Source: Candidatus Zambryskiibacteriota bacterium
GTDB lineage: Bacteria > Patescibacteriota > Minisyncoccia > Phycocordibacterales > WO2-35-19
Length of the DNA: 64,000 nucleotides
Assembly: GCA_048499675.1 (NCBI GenBank)
Contig: JASNZL010000003.1
Span: 16,241 to 80,240, forward strand
Direction: 5' to 3'
A program made the translations under genes and the position numbers. Each line of letters opens with the position of its first letter. The first letter of the stretch is position 1. This document shows, one piece after another, positions 1-9,897 of this stretch. The notes beneath the pieces were generated by a model that made no database searches, was not told the origin of the DNA, and was given only the letters and a program-made list of their open reading frames with translations.

Positions 1-384
1 GCTGTTGGGTATGTTTCAACTCCAAAGAAATCATCTGATTTTAAGTGATTAACCAATCTTTCTATATAAGGTTCGCTTGTTATCGTGTTCAAATCAACTA
101 CAAATTCTCCTCCAACAATAGAACCATCTGATACAGTGAGATTACCCGATTGTAACTTGACTGTGCCCTGCTCTTTTAATCCTGTTAAGTATTCTCCTTC
201 CCAAGATACAAAACTCTCTTCTGTATTTAGGCGATAATCACCTGCTACTAAAACAGTTGTAGCTTCCTCTGTTACTACTGATTCTTCGACAGGTGCTTCT
301 GATTTTCTACCAGAAAACACAAAAAATAGAGCTATAACTATAACGATTGCGCCCGCTATTAAATAAGAATTTTTCATACTCATA
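1..384 (-). CDS. YceI-like periplasmic/membrane-anchored protein (3' end cut by window edge)
   Basis: Unlisted minus-strand ORF with start codon at 382-384. It begins MSMKNSYLIAGAIVIV (a TM/signal segment). The remainder matches the YceI pattern (SWEG.Y..G....G.V, DLNTITS, L.SDDFF.VE.YP). Confidence 0.5.
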
Positions 385-591
385 ATTTTAAAATTAATTA
401 TAATCTGCACGGATAATGATGCTTTTTATTCTACCTTAATAGAATTAAAAAATCATTTTACATATACCGCTTTTAATGTTATCATAGTTTTACTTGATTA
501 AAAATCAAGTTTATTAGACATAACGGAAGTATAACCTCAAAGTTATCTGATTGAATACCTTACGCTTTGAAAACTTTCGTTTTATTAATTT

Positions 592-1689
592 ATGTCAAAA
601 GTATTAGATAAAGAAGTAGTAGAGCACGAATCGATAATGACTAATTATGTAAACGATTCAGTTTTGCCACCTGCAAAAAATTCAATCGTAGAGGGTGAAG
701 TTGTCTCTATTGATAAGAATTCTGTTTATGTAAACCTTCCTCCTTGGGGTACGGGTATAATATTCGGTAGAGAATACATAAACGCAAGAGATCTTATCAA
801 AAAAATAAACATTGGTGATAAAATCACCGGTAAGGTTTTGGGGACAGATAATGAAGAAGGTTATATAGAAATCTCTCTAAAAGAGGCAAAACAAGCTCTT
901 ATTTGGAGTGAAGCGGAAGAAGCTATTAGGGATAAGAAGGTGTTTGAACTCGCCGTAAATGAAGCAAATAAAGGCGGATTAATGCTTTCGTGGCAAGGTT
1001 TGTCTGGATTTTTGCCAGCTTCTCAGCTTAAAACAGAACACTACCCAAGAATTGCAGATGGTGATAAAGATAAAATACTGGATGAATTAAGAAAACTTGT
1101 TGGTCAGAAATTGTCAGTCGCTATAATTGGAGTGAACGAAAAAGAAGGCAAACTAATTTTTTCAGAAAAAGATCCAGATAGCGCTGAAAAAGTAAAAATA
1201 GTAGATAAATATGTCTTGGGTGATGAATTAGTGGGAGAAGTTACAGGAATTGTTGATTTTGGAATTTTTGTGAAAATTGAAGAAGGTTTAGAAGGGCTTG
1301 TCCACATATCGGAAATAGATTGGGGTCTTGTTGATGATCCAAACAAATTTGCAAAAGTTGGAGACAAAATAAAAGTAAAAATTATAGAAATCAAAGACGG
1401 CAAAATCTCACTCTCTATAAAGGCACTCAAAGACAATCCTTGGACAGAGGCTTCCAAAAAATACAAAAAAGACGATATGGTTACAGGTGTTGTTATTAAA
1501 TTCAATAAACATGGAGCTTTAGCTTCAATAGAAGAAGGTGTTGCTGGACTCGTCCATGTTTCCGAATTTGGTTCTGAAGAGAAGCTTCACGAAAAATTGG
1601 AGCTTGGTAGGACTTATAATTTCAAAATAACCATTTTCGATCCAAAAGAACAAAAAATGGCACTTGCATTTGTGGAAGCAAACAAGTAA
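592..1689 (+). CDS. rpsA: 30S ribosomal protein S1-like protein with four S1 RNA-binding domains
   Basis: 365 aa with repeated S1 modules (GEVVSIDKNSVYVNL, GEVTGIVDFGIFVKI..GLVHISE, GVVIKFNKHGALASI..GLVHVSE). A strong intrinsic terminator follows. Confidence 0.6.
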   Translation: MSKVLDKEVVEHESIMTNYVNDSVLPPAKNSIVEGEVVSIDKNSVYVNLPPWGTGIIFGREYINARDLIKKINIGDKITGKVLGTDNEEGYIEISLKEAKQALIWSEAEEAIRDKKVFELAVNEANKGGLMLSWQGLSGFLPASQLKTEHYPRIADGDKDKILDELRKLVGQKLSVAIIGVNEKEGKLIFSEKDPDSAEKVKIVDKYVLGDELVGEVTGIVDFGIFVKIEEGLEGLVHISEIDWGLVDDPNKFAKVGDKIKVKIIEIKDGKISLSIKALKDNPWTEASKKYKKDDMVTGVVIKFNKHGALASIEEGVAGLVHVSEFGSEEKLHEKLELGRTYNFKITIFDPKEQKMALAFVEANK

Positions 1690-1710
1690 ATCTGAGTTAT
1701 AAAGTATAAA

Positions 1711-1741
1711 GGGCCGTCACGTTAGTGACGGCCCTTTTGCT
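1711..1741 (+). terminator. Rho-independent terminator after rpsA
   Basis: gggccgtcac-gtta-gtgacggccc hairpin followed by TTTT. Confidence 0.65.
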
Positions 1742-2028
1742 TGTGTGAAGCTATGGTTAATCCTCCCCGAGTAGACCCTCAAGGTACCCATCAAGGTATT
1801 CAAGTCCCTCCTCTTGAGCGGGAAGACCCTTTTCCCCATCGTCGAACCCCCGTTGGTACTCCTCACTTTTTTGCTTTTTTGGAGACTCAATCTCCATATT
1901 CTGGCCGTGCTGATTAATGGGCAAACAACACATCTCATTTCTCCTTTTCCACTAACACAATAACACAGACTTTAATATTTTAAAATGCTATAATTATCGT
2001 ATGGTTCGTGCATCCTTCTCTGAACAAA

Positions 2029-2087
2029 AGGAGAAAAATCAAAGGGTGTACTGAGTTTGGGAAAAGGGCGCACAGGAAACTGGGCGC
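2029..2087 (+). repeat. Module 1 of the tandem hairpin repeat (gggcgcacag-GAAA-ctgggcgccc)
   Basis: Direct repeat of 2180-2238. 10-bp GC helix with an A.G mismatch and a GAAA loop. Confidence 0.6.
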
Positions 2088-2179
2088 CCACATTATAATA
2101 TTAGGAATACTACGCACGGAGTGACTATTGAAACGGAAAATATTATTTGATAATCTAAATACGCATCTCTCTCCATTTC

Positions 2180-2238
2180 GGAGAAATCCAAAGGGTGCAA
2201 TTGGGATAGGGTACGGGCGCCTTGGAAACTTGGCGCCC
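2180..2238 (+). repeat. Module 2 of the tandem hairpin repeat (gggcgcc-tt-g-GAAA-c-tt-ggcgccc), followed by a T-run
   Basis: Direct repeat of 2029-2087. GC helix with a UU/UU internal loop and a GAAA loop. Confidence 0.6.
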
Positions 2239-2243
2239 GATTT

Positions 2244-2891
2244 TTAATTGTATAGATTCATTGCCTTGTCCCTCCCCTCTTTGATTAAAACTTTTACTGC
2301 CTCAGTTACTTTTTTGAATGTATTGTCGAGCGTCTCCATTTCAGACGATTTAAATCTTCCTAGTATAAAATCCAGAACTTTTTGTTCGCCTTCTGGTTTC
2401 TTAATTTTTCCTTTTGGTGTTGCGGGGCTTATTCCAATTCTAATTCTCAAAAATTCTTTGGTTTTTAAAGTCTTAACAATAGAATCAAGTCCTCTGTGTC
2501 CGCCAGTACCTTTGTTGTATGAAATTTTCATTGTTCCAATTGCCAAATCAATGTCATCATAAATTACAATCAAATTTGGGATACCACTCTTTTTCTTTGG
2601 AGAGGTTTTGGTTGATGTAGGTTTTAAAATTGGTTTTATAAAAAATAAAAGCGCTTTACCTGAGTTATTCATAAATGTCTCTGGCAAAATCGCAGTAATT
2701 TTTTCTTTATCAATACTCCCACTCGCAATCAAGGCATTAGCTTTTTTATTAAATTCCAAATCTTCAATCTCTTTTTTGGAATCAATCAGTTTCAAATCTT
2801 TTAATAGTTTAAAAACTGCCATTCTACCAGCATTATGCCTACTATTTTCGTATTCTTTACCCGTATTACCTAGTCCAACGATGTACATCAT
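2244..2891 (-). CDS. pth: Peptidyl-tRNA hydrolase
   Basis: N-terminus MYIVGLGNTGKEYENSRHNAGRMAV and downstream GTGGHRGL are the classic Pth signature. A Lys-rich insert makes it 215 aa. Confidence 0.85.
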   Translation of the reverse strand: MMYIVGLGNTGKEYENSRHNAGRMAVFKLLKDLKLIDSKKEIEDLEFNKKANALIASGSIDKEKITAILPETFMNNSGKALLFFIKPILKPTSTKTSPKKKSGIPNLIVIYDDIDLAIGTMKISYNKGTGGHRGLDSIVKTLKTKEFLRIRIGISPATPKGKIKKPEGEQKVLDFILGRFKSSEMETLDNTFKKVTEAVKVLIKEGRDKAMNLYN

Positions 2892-2992
2892 TTTTTGTGA
2901 AATTTGTTTCTAATTAACTATAAATATACATTATATATTTGATAATTCAAAATATACTTGTGTCAAGCCATTATTTATAATACAATATTGCA

Positions 2993-3571
2993 ATGGATGA
3001 AAATAAAAATTTAGAAAATGCAGAGAAGAAAGACTCAACTTTTGGTGAATTTTTGAGGTATGCAGTAATTGCAATGCTTGTTGTCATCCCTTTCAGAATT
3101 TATATTGCTCAACCCTATATAGTAAGCGGTTCATCAATGGATCCCACATTTAAAGATGGTGATTACCTTATAGTAGATCAACTCAGCAAAAGACTATCTT
3201 TACCTGAAAGGAATTCTGTACTTATAATCAAATATCCTTTGAACACAAAGAAATTTTTTATAAAAAGACTGATCGCTTTTCCAAATGAAAAAGTTTCTAT
3301 TGAAAATGGTGTTGTTACTGTAATAAATGATCAAAATCCAGAAGGTTTTGTAGTCGATAATAGTTATGTAACTTTTGAAAAAAAAGATAATTTTTATTTA
3401 GAATTAGGAGAAAATGAATATTTTGTTATGGGCGACAACCGATCCGGAAGCTCAGACTCAAGAATATGGGGCCCTCTTCCTAAAGAAAATATCGTCGGTA
3501 AACCAATTCTTAGATTATTACCAATAAGCAAGATCGATATCAATCCTGGGAGTATAAAAATTATTGATTAA
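2993..3571 (+). CDS. lepB: Signal peptidase I
   Basis: N-terminal TM segment, then GSSMDPTFKDGDYLIVD (Ser box) and GDNRSGSSDSR (box E). Confidence 0.85.
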   Translation: MDENKNLENAEKKDSTFGEFLRYAVIAMLVVIPFRIYIAQPYIVSGSSMDPTFKDGDYLIVDQLSKRLSLPERNSVLIIKYPLNTKKFFIKRLIAFPNEKVSIENGVVTVINDQNPEGFVVDNSYVTFEKKDNFYLELGENEYFVMGDNRSGSSDSRIWGPLPKENIVGKPILRLLPISKIDINPGSIKIID

Positions 3572-3574
3572 AAT

Positions 3575-4717
3575 ATGGAAAAAAAAATACCAGAAAACAG
3601 AAAATTAGATGAAACAAATGAAATTGGCGCGGTAGCTACTTTTTTTGGTTTTACTCCAATCAAAGCTCCTCAAATTACTAAAAAAGATTTTGACCTAACC
3701 AAAAATTATAACATTAATTTTTTGGCAAAGGAAAAATCGGCTTTAACTCATATGTATTTTGAAGAAAAAATGATGGCAAGTCCTCAGCCGGTAATGTTTT
3801 ATATTGAACATCCTTTTCCAAACTCTGGTGAGAAGAAAAAAACTGCAAAACTAGAAGCGTCTTTGGTAACTATGGGTTCTACAAAAAGCGTGTCCGAGTG
3901 TATATCAATACAAACAGCAATTACGGCACTAAACAAGCTTGGTTATAAGGATTTGGTCGTTCATTTAAATTCAATTGGTGATAAAGAGTCTATTTCAGAA
4001 TTCCAAAGGAAACTAACATTATTTGTAAAGAAAAATATGAACAGTTTCCCTAGCGATTTAAGACAACTAATTAAAAAAGATATTTACGCAATATTCAAAT
4101 ATAACAAAAAAGAGTGGGAATGTTTTGGTGTTGAATGTCCAAAATCATTAGATTTCCTTTCTGAACAGAGTAGACTTCATTTTAAAGAAGTTTTAGAGTT
4201 TTTAGAAATTATGGAAGTTCCATATATCATAAACCCTAATCTTATTGGTGATTCTAATATTGGATCAGAGACAGTTTACGAAATCAGAGAGAATAATGAG
4301 GTTCTCGCAACAGGCATGAGGTTTAATAGACTAGCAAAAAAAATAGGCTACAAAAAGGATTTGGCAAGTAACATTCTGCACATTTCGGTAAAAATTAAAA
4401 AAGCTTTAAAAAAAGTAAAAATTAAAAAACAAAAACCTCAATTTTATTTAGTCCAATTTGGCCCTGAGGCAAAACTCAAAAGCTTTTTGATTTTGAGACA
4501 ATTATACAAGGCGGGTGTAAATGTTATTCACGCCATCGCAAAAGACAAATTAGGGAGTCAAATCGGAATTGCAGAAACTTCTGGAGCGCCTTATATCATC
4601 CTGATTGGTCAAAAAGAAGCTATAGAAAATAATGTCATTATTAGAAATAACACAAATAGAGCGCAAGAAATCGTTCCTATTTCTGAGCTTTATTATAGGA
4701 TTAAGGATATAAAATAG
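3575..4717 (+). CDS. Histidyl-tRNA synthetase-like class II aaRS paralog with anticodon-binding domain; catalytic motifs divergent
   Basis: LNSIGDKESISEFQRKL aligns with the HisRS LNSIG segment. The C-terminal YIILIGQKEAIENNVIIRNNTNRAQE is the class IIa anticodon-binding fold. Motif 2 (FRYERPQ.GR) is replaced by YIEHPFPNSGEKKK, and motif 1 is absent. Confidence 0.55.
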   Translation: MEKKIPENRKLDETNEIGAVATFFGFTPIKAPQITKKDFDLTKNYNINFLAKEKSALTHMYFEEKMMASPQPVMFYIEHPFPNSGEKKKTAKLEASLVTMGSTKSVSECISIQTAITALNKLGYKDLVVHLNSIGDKESISEFQRKLTLFVKKNMNSFPSDLRQLIKKDIYAIFKYNKKEWECFGVECPKSLDFLSEQSRLHFKEVLEFLEIMEVPYIINPNLIGDSNIGSETVYEIRENNEVLATGMRFNRLAKKIGYKKDLASNILHISVKIKKALKKVKIKKQKPQFYLVQFGPEAKLKSFLILRQLYKAGVNVIHAIAKDKLGSQIGIAETSGAPYIILIGQKEAIENNVIIRNNTNRAQEIVPISELYYRIKDIK

Positions 4718-4871
4718 TTTTGCAAATTTAAAAGCAATATGTTAATATATTAGACAATGTCCCGTTAGAAGTGACAACGAAGTCATGGAAATCAGAAGGC
4801 GGGATTATTATTAAATTTAATTTGGTGGAAAATTATAGTATGTAATACTGTGATTAACTACTTCTAACGGG

Positions 4872-5108
4872 ATGGCAATAAATGTAGAAGTTACAAAAAG
4901 CGGAAACGATAACAATCTAGGAATAATAAGAAAATTTACAAAAAGAGTTCAGGGCTCTGGTATTTTGCCACATCTTAGATCAAAGAGATACAGCGCAAGA
5001 AAGATGTCAGAATTTGTAAAGAAAAAAATGACCCTAAAAAAAATAGCAAAGAGAACTAAAATCAGACACTTGATAAAAATGGGTAAAATGCCCGGAACTT
5101 TGGACTAA
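4872..5108 (+). CDS. rpsU: 30S ribosomal protein S21-like
   Basis: GIIRKFTKRVQGSGILPHLRSKRYSARK resembles the bS21 core (ALRRFKR..EK.GIL.E.RRR.YYEKP). Basic C-terminal tail. Confidence 0.5.
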   Translation: MAINVEVTKSGNDNNLGIIRKFTKRVQGSGILPHLRSKRYSARKMSEFVKKKMTLKKIAKRTKIRHLIKMGKMPGTLD

Positions 5109-5531
5109 ATGATTACCTTAAAAGAAAGCAAAAGCGTTTTTTTGGGCTCTACCCTAAAAAGCGTTTTTTTGATTCCAAAAAAATTCATAAGTGCCGATTT
5201 TGATAAAATTAAGAATAGTATTTTAGGTAAAAATTATGAAGTCTCTATAATTTTGATTGGTAGTAAAAGGTCAAAAAAAATTAATTTTGATACAAGAAAA
5301 AAAGATTACCCAACCGACGTGCTATCTTTTAATATAGATAAAAATATTGGCGAAATATTTATCACTCCCGAGGTTGCAAACAAGAAATCCAAAAAATTTA
5401 AGATGAGTTTCCAAAAATATTTAATATTTTTGGTTATCCACGCACTTTTGCATTTGAAAGGCTTAAAACATGGTGCTAAAATGGAACAAGCGGAAGCGAA
5501 GTTTTTGAGTATCTTTGCAAAAGATTTTTAA
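5109..5531 (+). CDS. ybeY: Endoribonuclease YbeY-like (rRNA maturation factor)
   Basis: 140 aa with VIHALLHLKGLKHG, resembling the YbeY H..LHL.GYDH metal-binding motif. Its start abuts rpsU. Confidence 0.5.
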   Translation: MITLKESKSVFLGSTLKSVFLIPKKFISADFDKIKNSILGKNYEVSIILIGSKRSKKINFDTRKKDYPTDVLSFNIDKNIGEIFITPEVANKKSKKFKMSFQKYLIFLVIHALLHLKGLKHGAKMEQAEAKFLSIFAKDF

Positions 5532-5563
5532 CTTCACGGTACGCTCTAAATTTTTAATTTACA

Positions 5564-6736
5564 ATGAGCACACGTATAACAACGGGTATAGATGTAGGTA
5601 CTTATGAAGTGCGTGTTGTTGTATCTGAATATCAAGAAGGAAATTCTATGCCAACCATAATTGGCACAGGCAAGGCGGAATCAAAAGGTCTCCGACATGG
5701 CTATACGATAAATACCTCTGATGTTATTAGGAGTGTTAATTTAGCCGTAAAACAAGCCGAAAAATCTTCGGGCACTAGAATCAAAAAAGCCTATGTTTCA
5801 ATTGGTGGAGTTGGGCTTTCTGGTATTAATTCTCAGGGTTCAACAATGACAAGCAGAGCTGATCAAGAAATCACTGATACAGATATGGAGATGGCTATAT
5901 CCTCAGCGGAAGAATCTATACCAAAACCTCTAATTCAAAATAGAAAAATAATATATTCAATTCCGATACAATGGAAAGTTGATGGCCGACCAGTTTTGGG
6001 ACGAGTTCTTGGAACTAAAGGTGTAAAGTTAGAAACAAAAGCTTTGTTTATAAGTTGTATCGAGCCACATCTTGATGATTTAGTTTTGGCTATAGAAGAA
6101 GCTGGAATCAAAGTTATAGATGTAGTTGCCTCACCTATTGCCGCCTCGTTCGTTACTCTTTCAAAAAGCCAAAAAATTGCAGGGTGTGTGCTTGCAAATA
6201 TAGGTGCCGAAACTGTCTCAATTGTTGTTTTTGAAAATAATATACCAATTTCACTTGAAGTTTTCCCTATAGGAGGCAGTGATATTACAAACGATATTGC
6301 TCTCGGACTCAAAATTTCATTAGAAGAAGCGGAGGTAATAAAACTTGGTGGAGTTACTGCAACTAGCTACTCAAAGAAAAAACTAGAAGAGATTATTTCA
6401 GCACGACTCGGTGATATTTTTGATTTAATTGAAGTTCACCTCAAAAAAATTGGCAAATCAGGACTCTTGCCCGCAGGTATCATCATAACCGGAGGCTCAT
6501 CTTCACTTGGTCTCATAGAAGATTTGGCCAGAAGCTACCTTAGATTACCCTCAAGAATTGCCTCACTAAATATCGGTAACGGAAAATTTCAAATACAAGA
6601 CTCATCTTGGTCTGTAGCTTATGGACTTTGCATAATGGGTAATCTTTCTGACGAAGAAGAAATCATTGGCTTTCCTAAAAAAGGCAAAGATTTGCTTAAA
6701 AATATACTAAGCAATTTAAAGCAATTTTTACCCTAA
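5564..6736 (+). CDS. ftsA: Cell division protein FtsA
   Basis: Actin-like ATPase: GIDVGTYEVRVVV at the N-terminus and IITGGSSSLGLIEDLA at the C-terminus. Directly upstream of ftsZ. Confidence 0.85.
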   Translation: MSTRITTGIDVGTYEVRVVVSEYQEGNSMPTIIGTGKAESKGLRHGYTINTSDVIRSVNLAVKQAEKSSGTRIKKAYVSIGGVGLSGINSQGSTMTSRADQEITDTDMEMAISSAEESIPKPLIQNRKIIYSIPIQWKVDGRPVLGRVLGTKGVKLETKALFISCIEPHLDDLVLAIEEAGIKVIDVVASPIAASFVTLSKSQKIAGCVLANIGAETVSIVVFENNIPISLEVFPIGGSDITNDIALGLKISLEEAEVIKLGGVTATSYSKKKLEEIISARLGDIFDLIEVHLKKIGKSGLLPAGIIITGGSSSLGLIEDLARSYLRLPSRIASLNIGNGKFQIQDSSWSVAYGLCIMGNLSDEEEIIGFPKKGKDLLKNILSNLKQFLP

Positions 6737-6862
6737 AATTAAATAAAATTGCAACACAGTAAATAATTTAAACAAGTTTTGTAATTTGTCGCCTTTTTTG
6801 GTACAGTGTAGTTTACAGAACTGCAGATTTAATCAAATAAATTAACACTAAAATACAAAAAT

Positions 6863-8041
6863 ATGCCACAAATAAAACCTGAAGTTGAATCATTTGCAAG
6901 AATAAAAGTGCTCGGAGTTGGTGGATCAGGCAAAAACGCTGTTAACCATATGATTTACTCAAAAGTAAAGGGTGTTGATTTTGTTGCAGTAAACAGTGAT
7001 GCGCAAGACCTACATCATTCAGAAGCAAAAAAGAAAATTCATATAGGTAAAAATCTTACTAGAGGTCTAGGGACTGGAATGAACCCAGAAATTGGCAGAA
7101 GAGCGGTAGAAGAAACCAAAGAAGAAATACAAGAAGCTTTGAAGGGTGCTGATATGGTTTTCATTGCTTGCGGACTTGGCGGTGGTACTGGTACAGGTGC
7201 TGCTCCTGTTATTGCAAAGACCGCAAAAGAATTGGGAGCTCTTACAGTTGGAGTTGTTACAAAACCATTTTCATTTGAAGGAAATCAAAGAATGAGAATA
7301 GCAGAAGCAGGACTTGAAGAATTAAGACAATCTGTTGACGCTCTTATTGTTGTTCCAAATGATAGATTACTTGCAACTATAAGCAAGGATACATCAGCAA
7401 AAAATGCTTTTGCAATGTGCGACGACATACTAAAACAGGCAGTAGAAGGCATCTCTGACCTTATAACCACACCTGGAACCATCAACATAGACTTTGCTGA
7501 CATAAGAGCTGTTATGGAAGGTGCAGGAGGAGCTTTGATGGGTATTGGTAGAGCTTCTGGTGAAAAAAGAGCCGAAGAAGCCGCAAAACTCGCTATCAAC
7601 TCTCCTCTTCTTGAAGTTTCAATTAATGGTGCAAAAGGTGTATTGTTCTCTATTGCTGGTGGGGACGACCTTACAATGTTTGAAATACACGATTCCGCAA
7701 AACTAATTACAGAATCAGTAGATCCAAATGCAAAAATTATATTTGGTACTGTAAAAGACGACAAACTCAAAAAAGGTGAAATAAAAATTACAGTTATAGC
7801 TTCAGGTTTTCCAGAAAATGTTATGAAAAATAGCCTTTTTGGTCTAAAAGAAAAACAAGAACCAGTTGAAGAAACAAACAAAGGTAAAATATTTAACACG
7901 GTATTCGGAAAAGACAAAGAAGAGTTTATAGAAGAGGTAAAAAAAGAAGAGAAACAAGAAGAACAGAAACAAAATGTTATAGACGATGACGATGAGTGGG
8001 GTTCTGTGCCAGCATTTCTAAGACGCTCGAAGCTAAAATAG
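6863..8041 (+). CDS. ftsZ: Cell division GTPase FtsZ
   Basis: Tubulin signature GGGTGTGAAPVIA, NTDAQ-like VNSDAQDL, and an acidic C-terminal tail. Confidence 0.95.
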   Translation: MPQIKPEVESFARIKVLGVGGSGKNAVNHMIYSKVKGVDFVAVNSDAQDLHHSEAKKKIHIGKNLTRGLGTGMNPEIGRRAVEETKEEIQEALKGADMVFIACGLGGGTGTGAAPVIAKTAKELGALTVGVVTKPFSFEGNQRMRIAEAGLEELRQSVDALIVVPNDRLLATISKDTSAKNAFAMCDDILKQAVEGISDLITTPGTINIDFADIRAVMEGAGGALMGIGRASGEKRAEEAAKLAINSPLLEVSINGAKGVLFSIAGGDDLTMFEIHDSAKLITESVDPNAKIIFGTVKDDKLKKGEIKITVIASGFPENVMKNSLFGLKEKQEPVEETNKGKIFNTVFGKDKEEFIEEVKKEEKQEEQKQNVIDDDDEWGSVPAFLRRSKLK

Positions 8042-8311
8042 TTTTTGATTTAAGATTATAGATTCAGGATTTAAGAATCTATAAGGAAACCCACTGAAGC
8101 AATGTTCCATGGTTTGTCATCGATGACAAGAATCTTCATCTTTGCCTCATATATTCGTAGTTTTTTAAGGAACCAGATTCCGCTGGTTATGCAATTTCAA
8201 CTAAATTATAGCAAATATACACTATTTGTCAATTATTTAAAATTTCCACGACATCTTATATCCTGAATCTTTAATCATTAATCTAACTCAAAATTTGATA
8301 CAATAAGAGTA

Positions 8312-8701
8312 ATGGTTGAAGACAATAAAATTCAAGATTTTACTGATTTGCAAGCATGGCAGAATGCTCATAAACTAGTACTGAATGTTTATAAATTAAC
8401 AAATAAGTTTCCAAAATCAGAATCTTTTGGGCTCATATCTCAATTGCAACGAGCTTCTGTTTCAATTACCTCAAACATAGCTGAAGGTTTTGGCAGACAA
8501 ACTCTAAAAGAAAAAATCCAGTTTTACTACCAAGCACAGGGATCATTAACGGAAGTTAAAAATCAGCTTATTATCTCCAAAGATCTGGAATATATTTCCA
8601 AGGAAGAATTTAATGTTATAATGGAAATCCTTGTTGTTAGCCATAAACTACTTCAAGGTCTGCTTCGTAAAACCAAATCTTTCCTAAATCTTAAATCCTA
8701 A
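8312..8701 (+). CDS. Four-helix-bundle protein (the family often found in 23S rRNA intervening sequences)
   Basis: LQAWQNAHKLVLNVYKLTNKFPKSESFGLISQLQRASVSITSNIAEGFGR matches the TIGR02436-type pattern. No rRNA lies nearby. Confidence 0.7.
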   Translation: MVEDNKIQDFTDLQAWQNAHKLVLNVYKLTNKFPKSESFGLISQLQRASVSITSNIAEGFGRQTLKEKIQFYYQAQGSLTEVKNQLIISKDLEYISKEEFNVIMEILVVSHKLLQGLLRKTKSFLNLKS

Positions 8702-8755
8702 ACCTAGAATCTTATATCTAATTTTTATTTATTCATAAATCATAAATCTTAAATC

Positions 8756-9691
8756 ATGAATCCTAAATCGTATGACTTGATTATTATTGGTGGAGGTCCT
8801 GCGGGAACATCTGCTGGAGTTTACTCAGCCAGAAAACAAATAAAAACTGCTCTAATAGCAGAGTCTTTTGGTGGACAAAGCATTGAATCAAACGAAATCC
8901 AAAATTGGATAGGTACTATTGCTATTTCCGGAATGGACCTTGCAAAAAGCTTTAAAGAACACGTAAAATTTTATGCTGGCGAATTTGTAGATATAAAAGA
9001 GGGCGAAAGAGTAAGTAAGGTCGAGCATATAGAAAACGATGGATTTCTAGTTACTACCAATAAAGACATATACAAAACAAAAAACATATTAGTTGCAACT
9101 GGAAGTTCCCGAAAAAAACTTGATATTGAAGGCGCTAAAGAATTTGAAGGTAAAGGTATCACCTACTGCGCATCTTGTGATGGACCATTTTTTAAAAACA
9201 AAGATGTGGTTGTTATTGGTGGCGGTAATGCGGGTTTTGAATCAGCTATGCAATTACTCGCATATTGCAAGAGTGTTACACTTTTGAGCAGAGGTGATTT
9301 TAGAGCTGACCCAATAACGATAGAAAAAGCACTTGAGAACCCAAAACTAAAAGCAATACCTCACGCATTGCCGGTAAGAATAAAAGGTAGGGATTTTGTT
9401 GAGTCTATTATGTACAAAACCACATCCCCTTTTGTAGTAGATGAGGAAATAAAAACAGATGGAATTTTTGTTGAGATTGGACATATCCCTGCAACATCTT
9501 TTGTAAAAGATTTAGTAGATACAGATGAATTTGGAAGAATTATAATTGACCATAAAACACAACAAACAAGTATGAAGGGTATCTGGGCATCTGGAGATTG
9601 TACCGATGTCTTGTATCACCAAAACAATATTGCCTCGGGCGATGCAGTAAAAGCAATTGAGGATATATATATAAACCTTCGGACTAGTTAA
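8756..9691 (+). CDS. trxB: Thioredoxin-disulfide reductase
   Basis: IIIGGGPAG FAD site, redox-active CASCDG, and a second GGGNAG Rossmann motif. Confidence 0.85.
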   Translation: MNPKSYDLIIIGGGPAGTSAGVYSARKQIKTALIAESFGGQSIESNEIQNWIGTIAISGMDLAKSFKEHVKFYAGEFVDIKEGERVSKVEHIENDGFLVTTNKDIYKTKNILVATGSSRKKLDIEGAKEFEGKGITYCASCDGPFFKNKDVVVIGGGNAGFESAMQLLAYCKSVTLLSRGDFRADPITIEKALENPKLKAIPHALPVRIKGRDFVESIMYKTTSPFVVDEEIKTDGIFVEIGHIPATSFVKDLVDTDEFGRIIIDHKTQQTSMKGIWASGDCTDVLYHQNNIASGDAVKAIEDIYINLRTS

Positions 9692-9897
9692 TAGACGCTA
9701 GAATATAAGTAACAAAAAAGTACAAAAATATACTGAGCATAAGAGAGTTCAGTAGAGATTCTACTGCATTCATAAAATTTTCGTACTTATTATTTTTTCT
9801 ATTTCTAAGAAAAAATATAATCCAAAAAAATATTAAAGAAAAGATAAAGTAATACATTTGTGATACTAAATAATAATGTGTGTTCTAAGACGTTTGA

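Larger units (their letters stand above)
2002..2247 (+). ncRNA. Candidate small RNA built from two tandem ~59-nt modules, each ending in a GC-rich GAAA-tetraloop hairpin
   Basis: Extended -10 (TGcTATAAT at 1986-1994) upstream. Two direct repeats lie at 2029-2087 and 2180-2238 (ggagaaa.tc.aaagggtg...gggcgc..gaaa..gcgccc). The second hairpin is followed by a T-run at 2239-2247. No coding potential. Confidence 0.3.

Noticed and set aside
1800-1870. Possible tmRNA or tRNA-like element on the minus strand, suggested by a GGGGGTTCGACGATGGGG segment
   Set aside because: No complementary T-stem. No acceptor pairing or CCA-proximal strand within a reasonable distance. The only partner region would fall inside rpsA.
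1717-1938. 73-aa minus-strand ORF in the GC-rich stretch after rpsA
   Set aside because: It overlaps the rpsA terminator hairpin, has no start context, and has low-complexity composition. It is treated as non-coding.
2248-2913. Plus-strand ORFs antisense to pth, and similar antisense ORFs inside ftsZ, hsdR, uvrB, tgt and other genes
   Set aside because: They lie wholly within well-supported genes on the opposite strand, with no start context or motifs. They are shadow ORFs.
8312-8701. Four-helix-bundle gene as a marker of an rRNA intervening sequence
   Set aside because: No rRNA sequence is present on either side. Here it is a free-standing gene between ftsZ and trxB.
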